Shown here piece after piece: positions 30,816 to 40,465 of a DNA stretch of 64,000 nucleotides. This DNA is from Nitrospira sp. (GTDB taxonomy: Bacteria; Nitrospirota; Nitrospiria; Nitrospirales; Nitrospiraceae). How positions within the stretch are numbered: position 1 is the stretch's first letter; every line of letters begins with the position of its first letter. The notes under the pieces were generated by a model that was given only the letters and a program-made list of their open reading frames with translations, made no database searches and was not told the origin of the DNA. The position numbers were made by a program, and so were the translations under genes. The stretch lies in the NCBI GenBank assembly GCA_047150005.1, contig AP038806.1:1856001-1920000 (forward strand). The letters run 5' to 3'.

Positions 30816-31947
30816 GATTGCGGAGATCGGCCAAGACGAGGGCCACGGAGTTTTGTTCGTCCAGCGCCCCGACGATGGTCACCGGGGTGCCCTTTTCAAC
30901 CCGGTTGAAGAGCCAAGCCATTTGCGGATTTTCAAGCATGACGCAGCCCAGAGATGGCGCCATCAGCTGGCGTTCCGTGCCATGAATCTCAATCTGACTG
31001 CCGATACCGCGCGAATTGGGAATGTGCCCGGTCTTGCGGTCCAGAAGAAATCGCTGCCGGTCCTCGGCATTGGGATAGTCCAGCACCAGCGCCCGGAAGA
31101 ACTGCGTTTGCCCCTGTCCGCGTTTGGTCGTCACGTGGTACCGCCCTTCCGGGGTGGCGCCGTCGCCTTGGTAGCGCTTTTCGCGGATGCCGTTGAAGCC
31201 GAGCCGGACCGAGTATGACAGCACTGGCTGCCCATTTCTATACAGGATGAGACGGCGGTCCGCCTTGCTGACGATGATTGCGGCGGTGTGGTGTGATCGC
31301 GACCACTCCACGGTTTCCTTGACCATCTGCTGCCAACGGGCGATGCGTTCGCGGTTGGCGTAGCGTCCGAGTTCGCTATTCAACAGCGAGGCTTGCGTCG
31401 CCAGTCTTTGGGCGGCCTGTTCTGAAGCCGCGAGCGAGTGGCCGTACTCCTCCAGCTGATAAAACGACCGGGCTTGCTTGAGCAGCAATTCTGTTTCCAC
31501 AGGGTTCCGACCGAGGACCAACCGACTGTCGATCGTGCCGACTTGCCGTGCAAGCGTGCGCGAACGGTCTTCGGCACGCACGAGCTGCTGCTCCGCAGTG
31601 CGGCGGAGCGATTCGCGCTGTTCGGTCAGTCTGCTCACCGTCTGGACACCCTCTTCATGCAAAGCGCGAAGCGCGGATTCCAAATCATTGGATTCCCAAG
31701 GCCACCGAATCGTGTCGTCCTCCGCTTCGACGCGAGCCTTGAGAATGATCCATTGTTGAGCGAAGCGCGCATAGTCATGCGGGGCGATCTCCGAGGCGCG
31801 CAATCGGACCAGATCGCGGTCGACGGATGCGACCGCCTGCACGACCTCCTCCGGCACGGCCTTCACACAACCCGTCAGGAGGCAAGACAGGGTCAGCATC
31901 GTCATGCTCCACCCGAGCGGCTTGGTTGTGCGAGAATCTGTCACCAC
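30799..31947 (-). CDS. Lipoprotein L,D-transpeptidase with coiled-coil N-terminus
   Basis: Lipobox LTGC; GDGATPEG.Y, LDYPN..D, IEIHG...SLGCV. Confidence 0.85.
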   Translation of the reverse strand: MVTDSRTTKPLGWSMTMLTLSCLLTGCVKAVPEEVVQAVASVDRDLVRLRASEIAPHDYARFAQQWIILKARVEAEDDTIRWPWESNDLESALRALHEEGVQTVSRLTEQRESLRRTAEQQLVRAEDRSRTLARQVGTIDSRLVLGRNPVETELLLKQARSFYQLEEYGHSLAASEQAAQRLATQASLLNSELGRYANRERIARWQQMVKETVEWSRSHHTAAIIVSKADRRLILYRNGQPVLSYSVRLGFNGIREKRYQGDGATPEGRYHVTTKRGQGQTQFFRALVLDYPNAEDRQRFLLDRKTGHIPNSRGIGSQIEIHGTERQLMAPSLGCVMLENPQMAWLFNRVEKGTPVTIVGALDEQNSVALVLADLRNHASEI

Positions 31948-31958
31948 GACGATATCCC

Positions 31959-32576
31959 CTATTTCTTCCTGGCGCGAATCGGTTTGGCCTTTCCGATCTT
32001 CGCAAGCGCCGCTTCGACTTCGTGAGACAAGGCCTGGCTCTTTTCCTGAATGGCCTTGGCTTTGGTTTGGGCCGCGAGGTAATCCGATTTGTCGATCATC
32101 ATCTGGACATCGTTGAGGGACGCCTTCAATGCATCCGCATCGGTCTTGATCGACTCAAGGGCGGCGCGGTCCTTGCCGCCCGGGGCCGTGGCGATCAGAT
32201 CGGCGGCGCGTTTCACAGCGTCGTCGGCGGCATGATGGGCTTGAACGGCGCTCATCTTGGCCTCTTCCATCTTTTTCAGCGACTCGGTCTTGACTCGTTC
32301 GGCGTCCGTCTTGACCGTGGCGACCAACTGGTCGACCTTGCCGTAGTCTCGGAACAGGGCGAACTTCGCTTCCTGATCCGCCACTTCCTTCCTGACGGCG
32401 GCCATGCCGCCCTCGAGCTTTGCGTACTCGTCGGCGGCATACGTGGCCGCACCGCTTTGTTGAGCGTCCTTAATGGCCTGTTCCGCCGAACTGATTTGGT
32501 CGGCGGGGGGTTGCGCACAGCCGCCGAGAAACAGCAGGGCGTAGAGCGCGATGAGACATGTCCATGGTTTGACCAT
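31959..32576 (-). CDS. Ala/Lys-rich coiled-coil lipoprotein (DUF4398-like)
   Basis: AAGGAGGAG RBS; lipobox LGGC; AEQAI..A...GAATYA; ends ...RARKK. Confidence 0.8.
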   Translation of the reverse strand: MVKPWTCLIALYALLFLGGCAQPPADQISSAEQAIKDAQQSGAATYAADEYAKLEGGMAAVRKEVADQEAKFALFRDYGKVDQLVATVKTDAERVKTESLKKMEEAKMSAVQAHHAADDAVKRAADLIATAPGGKDRAALESIKTDADALKASLNDVQMMIDKSDYLAAQTKAKAIQEKSQALSHEVEAALAKIGKAKPIRARKK

Positions 32577-32683
32577 GAGCTCTCCTCCTTCAGTCACCGA
32601 CAGGGGTCGGCGGATGGCACGGGATCTTGAGCGTAAGCGGTACAAATGATGTCGGTCTATGATGCGGCAAATACAGGATATTC

Positions 32684-32698
32684 GCAAAGGCAGTGCCA
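32684..32698 (-). promoter_or_regulatory. sigma54 (-24/-12) promoter motif upstream of the lipoprotein/LDT cluster
   Basis: Minus strand reads TGGCAC-TGCCT-TTGC, an exact TGGCAC-N5-TTGC match, about 110 bp upstream of ATG 32576. Confidence 0.65.
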
Positions 32699-32939
32699 CT
32701 GCATTGTCCGTCCGAAATCGCCGTCTTGCCCTTAAACATTGACGATTGGCGGCCGTCGAGGCATCGGTCCACGGTGACTCTGGGGCAGTCTAGCTCAGTC
32801 GGCCGGAAAGGTCTACAAAATCGCCTCAATTTGAACGGCTTTTCAAGGGCTTACTTCGTGACATCAATACAGGTTCGCAGAGCGGTTGAAAAGCGACTCA
32901 TCGTCGGGGACGATGGAGATGCAAGCTGCCGGGCGCGGT

Positions 32940-32968
32940 TTGACAGGTAGAAGACCCCTACCTATAAT
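32940..32968 (+). promoter_or_regulatory. Consensus sigma70 promoter of rpmH operon
   Basis: TTGACA (32940-45), 17 bp, TATAAT (32963-68). Confidence 0.88.
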
Positions 32969-33007
32969 GCACTGTTCATTTCAGAAAATGATCGAAGGAG
33001 TCACGGT

Positions 33008-33145
33008 ATGTCATTTACGTTTCAACAGCCGTCAAATTTGAAGAAGAAGCGTGAGCACGGGTTTCGCAAACGCATGTCGACCAAGAACGGTCGCAAGGTG
33101 CTGGCTCGCCGTCGCGCCAAGGGGCGGGCTAGATTGACCGTGTAG
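33008..33145 (+). CDS. rpmH: 50S ribosomal protein L34
   Basis: Manual translation [54 protein letters not shown]. Confidence 0.96.
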   Translation: MSFTFQQPSNLKKKREHGFRKRMSTKNGRKVLARRRAKGRARLTV

Positions 33146-33305
33146 CCAACGAATCCGATCAGGATACCGCCGAGCATCGCGAGCACCCGTTGTCCCCCGT
33201 CCGTTCCCCCATTCGGGAAGTTTCCATCCAGCATGGTTCGGTGCGGTCACGCTCAGCCTTGTAGACCGGGGCATCCTGGCGGGCGCGCGCGGGGGGTGTG
33301 CCGGC

Positions 33306-33686
33306 ATGACAGGGATCAGACATGCGAAACGCGAACGGTTCCTCCGTGTCAGTCGTGACATCAATTACGTCAAGCAGCACGGGCGTCGTCTGGCGACGGG
33401 GCTGTTCAATCTGCTGATTTGCAGGATAGAGGGGACGGAAACCCGTGTCGGCATCGTTGTCGGGAAGCGATTTGGGGTTGCCGTGCAGCGGAATCGAGCC
33501 AAGCGCCTGTTCCGCGAGTTGACGAGGCACGTGTCCGAGCGCTTGGTGGAAGGCTACGCACTTCTGATATTTCCAAAGCGCGAGGCGCTGGGCTTACCCT
33601 TCGAACGTTTGAGGATGGCATGGTGTTCGACGCTCCATCGACAAGGGCTCTTTCGCGACGAGGACGATACGTCGCGGCCTCTATGA
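33306..33686 (+). CDS. rnpA: Ribonuclease P protein component
   Basis: RVGIVVGKRFG.AVQRNRAKRLFRE (RNR motif); synteny. Confidence 0.9.
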   Translation: MTGIRHAKRERFLRVSRDINYVKQHGRRLATGLFNLLICRIEGTETRVGIVVGKRFGVAVQRNRAKRLFRELTRHVSERLVEGYALLIFPKREALGLPFERLRMAWCSTLHRQGLFRDEDDTSRPL

Positions 33687-33907
33687 AGGACGGGATGCGA
33701 GGACTCTGTCTGTCTGTGCTCGCCGGGTATCGCTACTGGATATCTCCGTGGCTGGGGCCGGCCTGTCGTTTTGAACCCACCTGTTCCGTCTATGCTGCTG
33801 AGGCTATCAGCCGGTTCGGCGTGGGGCGCGGGGCGGTGTTGGCGGTTTGTCGCCTCTTGAAATGCCATCCCTTTCACCCCGGAGGGCACGATCCGGTGAA
33901 GGACTAG
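33683..33907 (+). CDS. yidD: Membrane protein insertion efficiency factor
   Basis: ISP..GPACRFEPTCS.YA, RLLKCHPFHPGGHDPV. Confidence 0.92.
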   Translation: MKDGMRGLCLSVLAGYRYWISPWLGPACRFEPTCSVYAAEAISRFGVGRGAVLAVCRLLKCHPFHPGGHDPVKD

Positions 33908-33927
33908 CGCCGAGCTACGAAAGGCCC

Positions 33928-35607
33928 ATGGAAAAGCGCGTCGTCATATTTCTTGTCCTTTCCATTGCCGTGATCCTCAGCTACGACTGGCTGCTGAAGC
34001 AGTTCGGGTGGCTGCCGCAATCTGCCTCCGTTCAGGAGGAACCGGCGCGCGATGCGCCGCCGCAGCAATCCGACAAGCCCGAGTCTTCGATCCCTGCTGC
34101 CCCCATGGCGTCTCAGACAGAGGCGTCCGGGACCGGGGCGGTCGCGCCCAAAGCGAATCCTGTGCCTGCTGCGGCAGACGGCAAGCTGTCCGTTGAAACA
34201 GACCTCCTGCGGGTCGTGCTCGGTGCACGCGGTGGCGTGATCTCCAGCTGGCAGCTCAAGCACTATCGCAGCGCGCCCACCGAGGAGAAATGGGTGGAAT
34301 TGGTCCATCAGACCCAGCAGAACCAGAATGGGAAGTTCCCGGGTCCTCTCTCGATCGTGTTGGCGGAATCCTCGGCGAATAAGACGGTGCGCGAAGGGGT
34401 ATTTTCCCTCGACAGCGATTTTGTGAAGCTGGATGCAACCCATCCGGAAGGCCACGTGACAATGCGGTTCCATGACGCGGCAACTGGGTTGACGGTTCAG
34501 AAGCAACTGACCTTTCATGTCGGCGGCTATGAGGTTGATGTGGCCGTGACGGTACAGGGAGTTTCCGAGCCGTATGAAGTGGTCTTGGGGACGAATTTCG
34601 GCATCGTGGAGTGGGGCGACGGAATGATCGGGTCGATCGGTCCGGCCTCGTTGGTGGACGGAAAGATCGAAAAGGAAACACCGGACACACAACTGGAACG
34701 AAAGGGAGCGGTGCAATGGGTTGCGCTTCAGGACAAGTATTTCATCGGTGTCTTGATGCCGCAACGTGGAACGACGGCCTTGGAGAAGAAGGAAGGCGAC
34801 AAGGTCGTGTCCGCGAGCGTAAAGACGGCGTCGTTCGGCGATGGAGCGGTCAATCGACTCAGACTCTATGCGGGCCCCAAGGAGTACGACACGTTGCGCT
34901 CCTTGAGCATGGGCCTGGAAGATACGATCGATTTCGGTTGGTTCATATTTGGAAGCTGGAGCGTCGTCAAGGCCGTCGCGAAACCGATTTTTTATGTGCT
35001 CCGCTTCATCAATGAATACACCCACAACTACGGCATCACGATCATCCTGTTGACGATGGGCATCAAGCTGTTGTTCGTTCCCCTGCAGTATAAGAGCTAT
35101 AAGTCGATGAAGCAGATGCAGGTGATTCAGCCGAAGGTATTGGCGGTCCAGGAAAAATTCAAGGACGACCGCGACCGGTTGAACAAGGAATTGATCAAGC
35201 TTTATCGCGATCACAAGGTGAATCCGGTAGGAGGATGCCTGCCGATGGTCCTGCAAATGCCGGTCTTCGTCGCCTTGTTCAATATCCTGTACATGACCAT
35301 CGATCTGCGGCAGGCGCCGTTCGTCGGGTGGATCACCGACTTGTCGGTGCAGGATCCGTACTACGTTCTTCCCATCATCATGGGTGTGACGATGGTACTT
35401 CAGCAGAAGATCACGCCGACGACGATGGATCCGACTCAAGCGAAGATCATGCTCATGCTCCCGGCCTTTATGACGTTTTTGTTCATCAATTTTCCCGCCG
35501 GATTGGTGCTCTATTGGTTGACGAACAACGTCCTGACCATCACGCAACAGGTGGTCACCGACCGTCTGTTCTTCGCCAAACCTCTGATAGCCGAACCGGC
35601 GAAATAG
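33928..35607 (+). CDS. yidC: Membrane protein insertase
   Basis: YAGPKE, IDFGW, NYGITIILLT, NPVGGCLP, GLVLYW. Confidence 0.95.
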   Translation: MEKRVVIFLVLSIAVILSYDWLLKQFGWLPQSASVQEEPARDAPPQQSDKPESSIPAAPMASQTEASGTGAVAPKANPVPAAADGKLSVETDLLRVVLGARGGVISSWQLKHYRSAPTEEKWVELVHQTQQNQNGKFPGPLSIVLAESSANKTVREGVFSLDSDFVKLDATHPEGHVTMRFHDAATGLTVQKQLTFHVGGYEVDVAVTVQGVSEPYEVVLGTNFGIVEWGDGMIGSIGPASLVDGKIEKETPDTQLERKGAVQWVALQDKYFIGVLMPQRGTTALEKKEGDKVVSASVKTASFGDGAVNRLRLYAGPKEYDTLRSLSMGLEDTIDFGWFIFGSWSVVKAVAKPIFYVLRFINEYTHNYGITIILLTMGIKLLFVPLQYKSYKSMKQMQVIQPKVLAVQEKFKDDRDRLNKELIKLYRDHKVNPVGGCLPMVLQMPVFVALFNILYMTIDLRQAPFVGWITDLSVQDPYYVLPIIMGVTMVLQQKITPTTMDPTQAKIMLMLPAFMTFLFINFPAGLVLYWLTNNVLTITQQVVTDRLFFAKPLIAEPAK

Positions 35608-35623
35608 CCCGTCATCACGAAAC

Positions 35624-37042
35624 ATGCGCGGATCGCTCGACGACACAATCTGCGCGGTCGCCACCCCTGTCGGTGAAGGGGGCGTCGGCATCGTGCGGTT
35701 GAGCGGGCCCGAGGCGCTGCGGATTGGCGAGACGGTCGTCCGGTTGCGTTCCGGGCACCTCCTCGGCGCAGTGGCCACCCATACGTTACATCTTGCCGAT
35801 GTGTTGCCTCCCGCTTCCGTGAAGAGCTGTGAAAGGACGCTGGGGCCGCGTCCTGGCGCATTTCTGGATGAAGCCCTCGTCGTGCATATGAAGGCTCCGC
35901 GATCGTTTACGGGTGAGGACGTCGTGGAGATCCAGTCGCACGGAGGAGGATTGATTCTGTCGTTGGTCTGCCAGGCTTGCATTGAAGCGGGAGCTCGACC
36001 TGCGGAACCTGGTGAATTCACGAAACGAGCATTCCTGAACGGACGGTTGGATCTCTCCCAGGCCGAAGCCGTATTGGATACCGTGCGCGCGAGGTCTGCG
36101 GCAGGCTTGAGCCTGGCGCAGCGCCAGCTGCGGGGCGAGCTGGCGAGAGAGGTGGAATCCGTCCGTTCGGCTCTGCTGGGGTTGTTGGCGCATGTCGAGG
36201 CCGGAATCGATTTTGTCGAGGAAGATATCAGTTTCGTGACGGGACAAGAGCTTCGTCGGACGATCGAGAACGCGGGAGTCATGATCCGCAGGCTTGCTGA
36301 TTCCTTTCGGCAGGGCAAGGTCTTGCGGGAGGGAGCTCGTGTCGTCATTCTTGGACGCCCGAACGTGGGGAAGTCGAGCTTGTTGAACAAGTTGCTACGA
36401 GAAGATCGGGCAATTGTCACGGCCACTCCGGGCACAACCAGAGATGTGATCGAGGAGTCCATCGATCTGGAGGGACTCCGAATTCATCTGGTCGATACGG
36501 CTGGCCTCCGGGAAACGCAGGATCCCGTCGAGTTGGAGGGCATCAGACGAACCAGGGCAGCCCAGCAGGAGGCGGATCTGTCGCTGGTCGTGGTAGACGG
36601 GAGTCAGCCCTTGACCCACGAAGATCGGCAATTGATGGACGCGACCGGAGAGGGTCTCCGTGTCATCGTTTTAAACAAAGCGGATCTCCCCTGTGTCGTG
36701 CGATCTGAGGAGATGCCGTCCGACGCTCGGCTCTGTGCGGTATCGGCCGTGACCGGCGTAGGGTTGGATCGCTTGCGGTCCGAGCTTCGTGGGCAATTGA
36801 TTTCGGGCGGAGGCGATGCGGGAGAGACGGTGATCGTCACGAACGTGCGTCACCAATCGGCATTGCAACGGGCCGCGGAGGCGGTGGATCACGCGTTGGG
36901 TTCGCTCGAAGAGGGTGTAGCGGCCGAATTGATCGCCGCGGATTTGCGGGTAACGGCGGAGGCGTTGGGAGAGATCACCGGTGCGATTACGACCGATGAG
37001 ATCCTTGAGCGCGTATTTGCGGAGTTCTGCATCGGGAAATAG
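35624..37042 (+). CDS. mnmE: tRNA modification GTPase
   Basis: DTICAVAT, PRSFTGED, GRPNVGKSS, GTTRD, DTAG, NKAD, FCIGK. Confidence 0.96.
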   Translation: MRGSLDDTICAVATPVGEGGVGIVRLSGPEALRIGETVVRLRSGHLLGAVATHTLHLADVLPPASVKSCERTLGPRPGAFLDEALVVHMKAPRSFTGEDVVEIQSHGGGLILSLVCQACIEAGARPAEPGEFTKRAFLNGRLDLSQAEAVLDTVRARSAAGLSLAQRQLRGELAREVESVRSALLGLLAHVEAGIDFVEEDISFVTGQELRRTIENAGVMIRRLADSFRQGKVLREGARVVILGRPNVGKSSLLNKLLREDRAIVTATPGTTRDVIEESIDLEGLRIHLVDTAGLRETQDPVELEGIRRTRAAQQEADLSLVVVDGSQPLTHEDRQLMDATGEGLRVIVLNKADLPCVVRSEEMPSDARLCAVSAVTGVGLDRLRSELRGQLISGGGDAGETVIVTNVRHQSALQRAAEAVDHALGSLEEGVAAELIAADLRVTAEALGEITGAITTDEILERVFAEFCIGK

Positions 37043-37051
37043 CGAGGGGGC

Positions 37052-38965
37052 ATGGATCGGCACGAGTTCGAGATCATCGTGGTGGGAGGCGGTCATGCCG
37101 GCTGTGAAGCCGCCTTGGCCGCGGCGCGCATGGGAGCCCGAACCCTCCTCTTGACGATGGACCCGCAGCGCATTGCACAGATGTCATGCAATCCTGCAAT
37201 CGGCGGCATTGCGAAGGGGCATCTCGTCAAAGAGATCGACGCGCTGGGAGGCGAGATGGCCAGAAACACGGATCTGGCCGGCATTCAATTTCGCTTTATC
37301 AATACCAGTAAGGGCCCGGCGGTGCGAGCACTACGGGCGCAGTGCGACAAAGGGTTGTATCGAGAGGCCATGCGGACGACACTCGATCGCGAGTCGGGGT
37401 TGACCATCGGTCAGGGAACGGTCGATCGGGTGCTCACGAGCGGGGGAAGGGTCACCGGCATCGTAACGGAAGCCGGTGAACGCCTGGACGCCCAAGCGGT
37501 CATTTTGACTTCAGGTACATTCCTTAAGGGTCTTATCCATATTGGACTCCAGCATTTTGCGGCCGGTCGGGCGGGCGAAGCATCGGCGGAGCATTTGTCC
37601 GACTGCATGCGGGATTTCGGTTTTGAAGTGGGCCGGTTGAAAACCGGCACTCCACCGCGATTGGATAGGGATACTATAGATTTTTCCGTAATGATTTCTC
37701 AGCCCGGAGATCAGCCACCTCCGCCATTCTCATACCGAACCGATCAGGTGCGAACGCCTCAGCGCGATTGCCACCTGACTCACACGAATGATCGCACTCA
37801 CGACATCATCCGGAAAAATCTGGATCGGTCTCCGCTGTATGCCGGAGTGATTGAATCTGCAGGACCGCGATATTGCCCTTCGATCGAAGACAAAGTGGTT
37901 CGGTTCGCGGATAAGCAACGGCATCAGGTTTTTATTGAGCCTGAAGGCCTGGAGAGTCGAGAGTTCTATCCCAACGGGATCTCGACCAGTCTCCCTGTAG
38001 ACGTACAGGCTGCGCTCCTCAAGACCATTCCGGGATTGGAGCAGGCCGTCATGCTCAAGCCCGGCTATGCGATCGAGTACGACTACTTCCCGCCGCGGCA
38101 GCTGCATCCGACTTTGGAAACCAAGCTGGTTGATGGGCTGTATCATGCGGGACAAATCAATGGAACCTCCGGATACGAGGAGGCTGCCGCCCAAGGGCTG
38201 ATGGCTGGGATCAACGCCGTCCTGAAGCTGCAGGGGAAGTCTCCGCTCGTGCTGGACCGTTCACAAGCCTACATCGGGGTCCTGATCGACGACTTGATTA
38301 CGAAGGATGCACGCGAACCCTACCGCATGTTTACGTCCCGCGCTGAGTATCGTCTCTTACTCAGACACGGGAATGCCGATCTTCGCTTGACCGAGCAAGG
38401 TCGACAGATTGGATTAATTTCCGAAGACCTCTTTGCTCGGTTTCTTGACAAGAGAGAAGCGATTGCCCGTGAAATTGAACGGTTGGAGAACCTGCGCCTG
38501 AACCCAACGGACGATGTCCGGTCGCGCCTAAACGGGGCAGGTATTTCAGGCCTGTCCAGCACATGTACGGTGGCGCAACTGCTTCGTCGACAAGGGGTTG
38601 ACTATCAGACTCTGCTCGCATGTTTGGATATTGATCGACAAGGAGATGCTGAAATTATTGAAGAAGTGCAGATTCAGGTCAAATACGCCGGGTACATCAC
38701 GCGCCAGCTTCAGCAGATTGCTCGTTTCAGTAAATTCGAGAATAAGCCGATCCCGCCGTTCTTCCCGTACCATCACGTTCCCGGCTTCTCCAAGGAGGTG
38801 CGCGAAAAGCTGCTCAAAGTCCGACCAGCATCAATTGGTCAGGCTTCCAGAATTTCGGGTGTAACTCCGGCGGCTATCTCGCTTCTTCTCGTTGCCCTGG
38901 AAAAAGGTAAAAGACAAGGTGGATTAACTGCTGCTCAAGCCAGTAAAGTCGAGATTCAGTCTTGA
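37052..38965 (+). CDS. mnmG: tRNA uridine 5-carboxymethylaminomethyl modification enzyme
   Basis: [47 protein letters not shown]. Confidence 0.97.
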   Translation: MDRHEFEIIVVGGGHAGCEAALAAARMGARTLLLTMDPQRIAQMSCNPAIGGIAKGHLVKEIDALGGEMARNTDLAGIQFRFINTSKGPAVRALRAQCDKGLYREAMRTTLDRESGLTIGQGTVDRVLTSGGRVTGIVTEAGERLDAQAVILTSGTFLKGLIHIGLQHFAAGRAGEASAEHLSDCMRDFGFEVGRLKTGTPPRLDRDTIDFSVMISQPGDQPPPPFSYRTDQVRTPQRDCHLTHTNDRTHDIIRKNLDRSPLYAGVIESAGPRYCPSIEDKVVRFADKQRHQVFIEPEGLESREFYPNGISTSLPVDVQAALLKTIPGLEQAVMLKPGYAIEYDYFPPRQLHPTLETKLVDGLYHAGQINGTSGYEEAAAQGLMAGINAVLKLQGKSPLVLDRSQAYIGVLIDDLITKDAREPYRMFTSRAEYRLLLRHGNADLRLTEQGRQIGLISEDLFARFLDKREAIAREIERLENLRLNPTDDVRSRLNGAGISGLSSTCTVAQLLRRQGVDYQTLLACLDIDRQGDAEIIEEVQIQVKYAGYITRQLQQIARFSKFENKPIPPFFPYHHVPGFSKEVREKLLKVRPASIGQASRISGVTPAAISLLLVALEKGKRQGGLTAAQASKVEIQS

Positions 38966-38987
38966 CCTCTCTTCACGGTTCACGTAA

Positions 38988-39638
38988 GTGTTCCACGTGG
39001 AACATGAAGCGGATTTAGAGAAGCTCCTCATTCATTCTGCCGATCAGCTGGGGATTGCTCTCACGGGGGATCAGTGCGCACAGTTCATGAGGTATCTGTC
39101 GCAACTCATGTACTGGAACCGTACAATTAATCTCACAAGCATCACAAGTCCTCGTGAAATTGTGGCAAAACACTTCATAGACTCCCTCATATCGCTTGCG
39201 ACAATTCCTGTTCCGCACCAAGCCCAATTGATTGATGTGGGAACTGGAGCAGGCTTTCCTGGAATTCCTCTGAAGATTGTTCGATCCGATTTGCGGGTGA
39301 CTTTGATTGAACCAAATAAGAAGAAATGCTCGTTTCTGTCCTCCCTCATTGGAACACTCAGGCTCGCAGACGTTAAGGTATTTGCTGGAACGGTCCAGGA
39401 GTACCAGGATCATGGTGGCGTTCATGCACACTTTATTACAGCTAGGGCGTTACGAGTGGACGACATTCATTCAGAATTGCTCTCCTTGGCTCTGCCCACG
39501 GGTAAAATCGTGCTGTATCGAACGGAGCCGCTGACTTTGCGGGATGCTCCGGCGACGTTTGCAATCGAACAACAACGGAAGTTTGACTTGCCCGAGGATG
39601 CCGGCGAGCGAGTGATTACAGTTCTGTCGGCAAAATGA
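38988..39638 (+). CDS. rsmG: 16S rRNA m7G527 methyltransferase
   Basis: WN..INLT, KHFIDSL, DVGTGAGFPGIPL, ITARA. Confidence 0.93.
   Translation: MFHVEHEADLEKLLIHSADQLGIALTGDQCAQFMRYLSQLMYWNRTINLTSITSPREIVAKHFIDSLISLATIPVPHQAQLIDVGTGAGFPGIPLKIVRSDLRVTLIEPNKKKCSFLSSLIGTLRLADVKVFAGTVQEYQDHGGVHAHFITARALRVDDIHSELLSLALPTGKIVLYRTEPLTLRDAPATFAIEQQRKFDLPEDAGERVITVLSAK
38989..39004. promoter_or_regulatory. parS: parS site
   Basis: Perfect palindrome TGTTCCACGTGGAACA. Confidence 0.92.
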
Positions 39639-39646
39639 GATGACGC

Positions 39647-39662
39647 TGTTCCACGTGGAACA
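39647..39662. promoter_or_regulatory. parS: parS site
   Basis: Perfect palindrome TGTTCCACGTGGAACA just upstream of parA. Confidence 0.92.
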
Positions 39663-39688
39663 GTCAAGGGTGACGTAGAAAGAGATTG

Positions 39689-40465
39689 ATGGCCAGGATT
39701 ATTGCCGTAACCAATCAAAAGGGTGGAGTCGGAAAAACCACCACGTCCGTCAATCTTGCCGCAGGCGTTGCACTGCAAGGAAAGCAGGTCTTGTTGGTCG
39801 ACATGGATCCGCAAGGTAATGCCACGAGCGGTCTTGGCCTCGATCCGCGATCACTTCACGTAAATGTTTACAACTGTTTGATAAATAACGATAATATTGA
39901 TGACATTGTGAAAAAGACCGAGATCGGCGACCTCTATGTTCTTCCCTCCAATGCTGATCTGGCAGGTGCTGAGATTGAGCTGGTGAACATTGAGGGACGG
40001 GAGCAGCGCCTTCGTCATGTGCTCCAGAGGATCGAGGATCGATTTGACTATGTCTTCCTGGATTGCCCGCCGGCACTCGGAATTCTGACCGTGAATGCTC
40101 TCTGTGCCGCCCGATCAGTCCTGATTCCAGTGCAATGCGAGTACTATGCGATGGAAGGATTGACACGACTCATCGACAGCATCGAACGAGTCCGTCACTC
40201 CTTGAATCCCGGGCTGACGATCGAGGGGATCGTCTTGACAATGTACGACGTGAGGAATACGTTGGCGCGGCAGGTTGCAGATCAGGTTCGGTCGCACTTT
40301 ATCGACAAGGTCTATCAGGTCACGATTCCCCGGAACGTCACGCTTGCGGAAGCTCCGAGCTATGGTCGGCCGGTGCTGTTGTACAACATGGCGTCGACCG
40401 GCGCTCAATCCTATCTCTCTCTAGCCAAGGAGTTTCTCGGTCATGGAGAAAAAAGCCCTGGGTAG
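39689..40465 (+). CDS. parA: Chromosome partitioning ATPase
   Basis: NQKGGVGKTTT, DMDPQGNAT, DCPP, IPRNV.LAEAPS. Confidence 0.95.
   Translation: MARIIAVTNQKGGVGKTTTSVNLAAGVALQGKQVLLVDMDPQGNATSGLGLDPRSLHVNVYNCLINNDNIDDIVKKTEIGDLYVLPSNADLAGAEIELVNIEGREQRLRHVLQRIEDRFDYVFLDCPPALGILTVNALCAARSVLIPVQCEYYAMEGLTRLIDSIERVRHSLNPGLTIEGIVLTMYDVRNTLARQVADQVRSHFIDKVYQVTIPRNVTLAEAPSYGRPVLLYNMASTGAQSYLSLAKEFLGHGEKSPG

Noticed and set aside
32614..32630. Plus-strand TGGCAC-GGGAT-CTTGA as a sigma54 site
   Set aside because: The -12 element is mis-spaced and lacks GC; the minus-strand motif at 32684-32698 fits exactly.
33146..33305. rpmH-rnpA spacer (also 9640-9840, 48705-48815, 62640-62775) as ncRNA or REP family
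   Set aside because: GC-rich with partial hairpins, but I could not align them to each other or to a known RNA family by eye.
33904..36462. 852-aa minus-strand ORF
   Set aside because: Antisense shadow of yidC/mnmE, typical of high-GC codon bias; no recognisable motifs.
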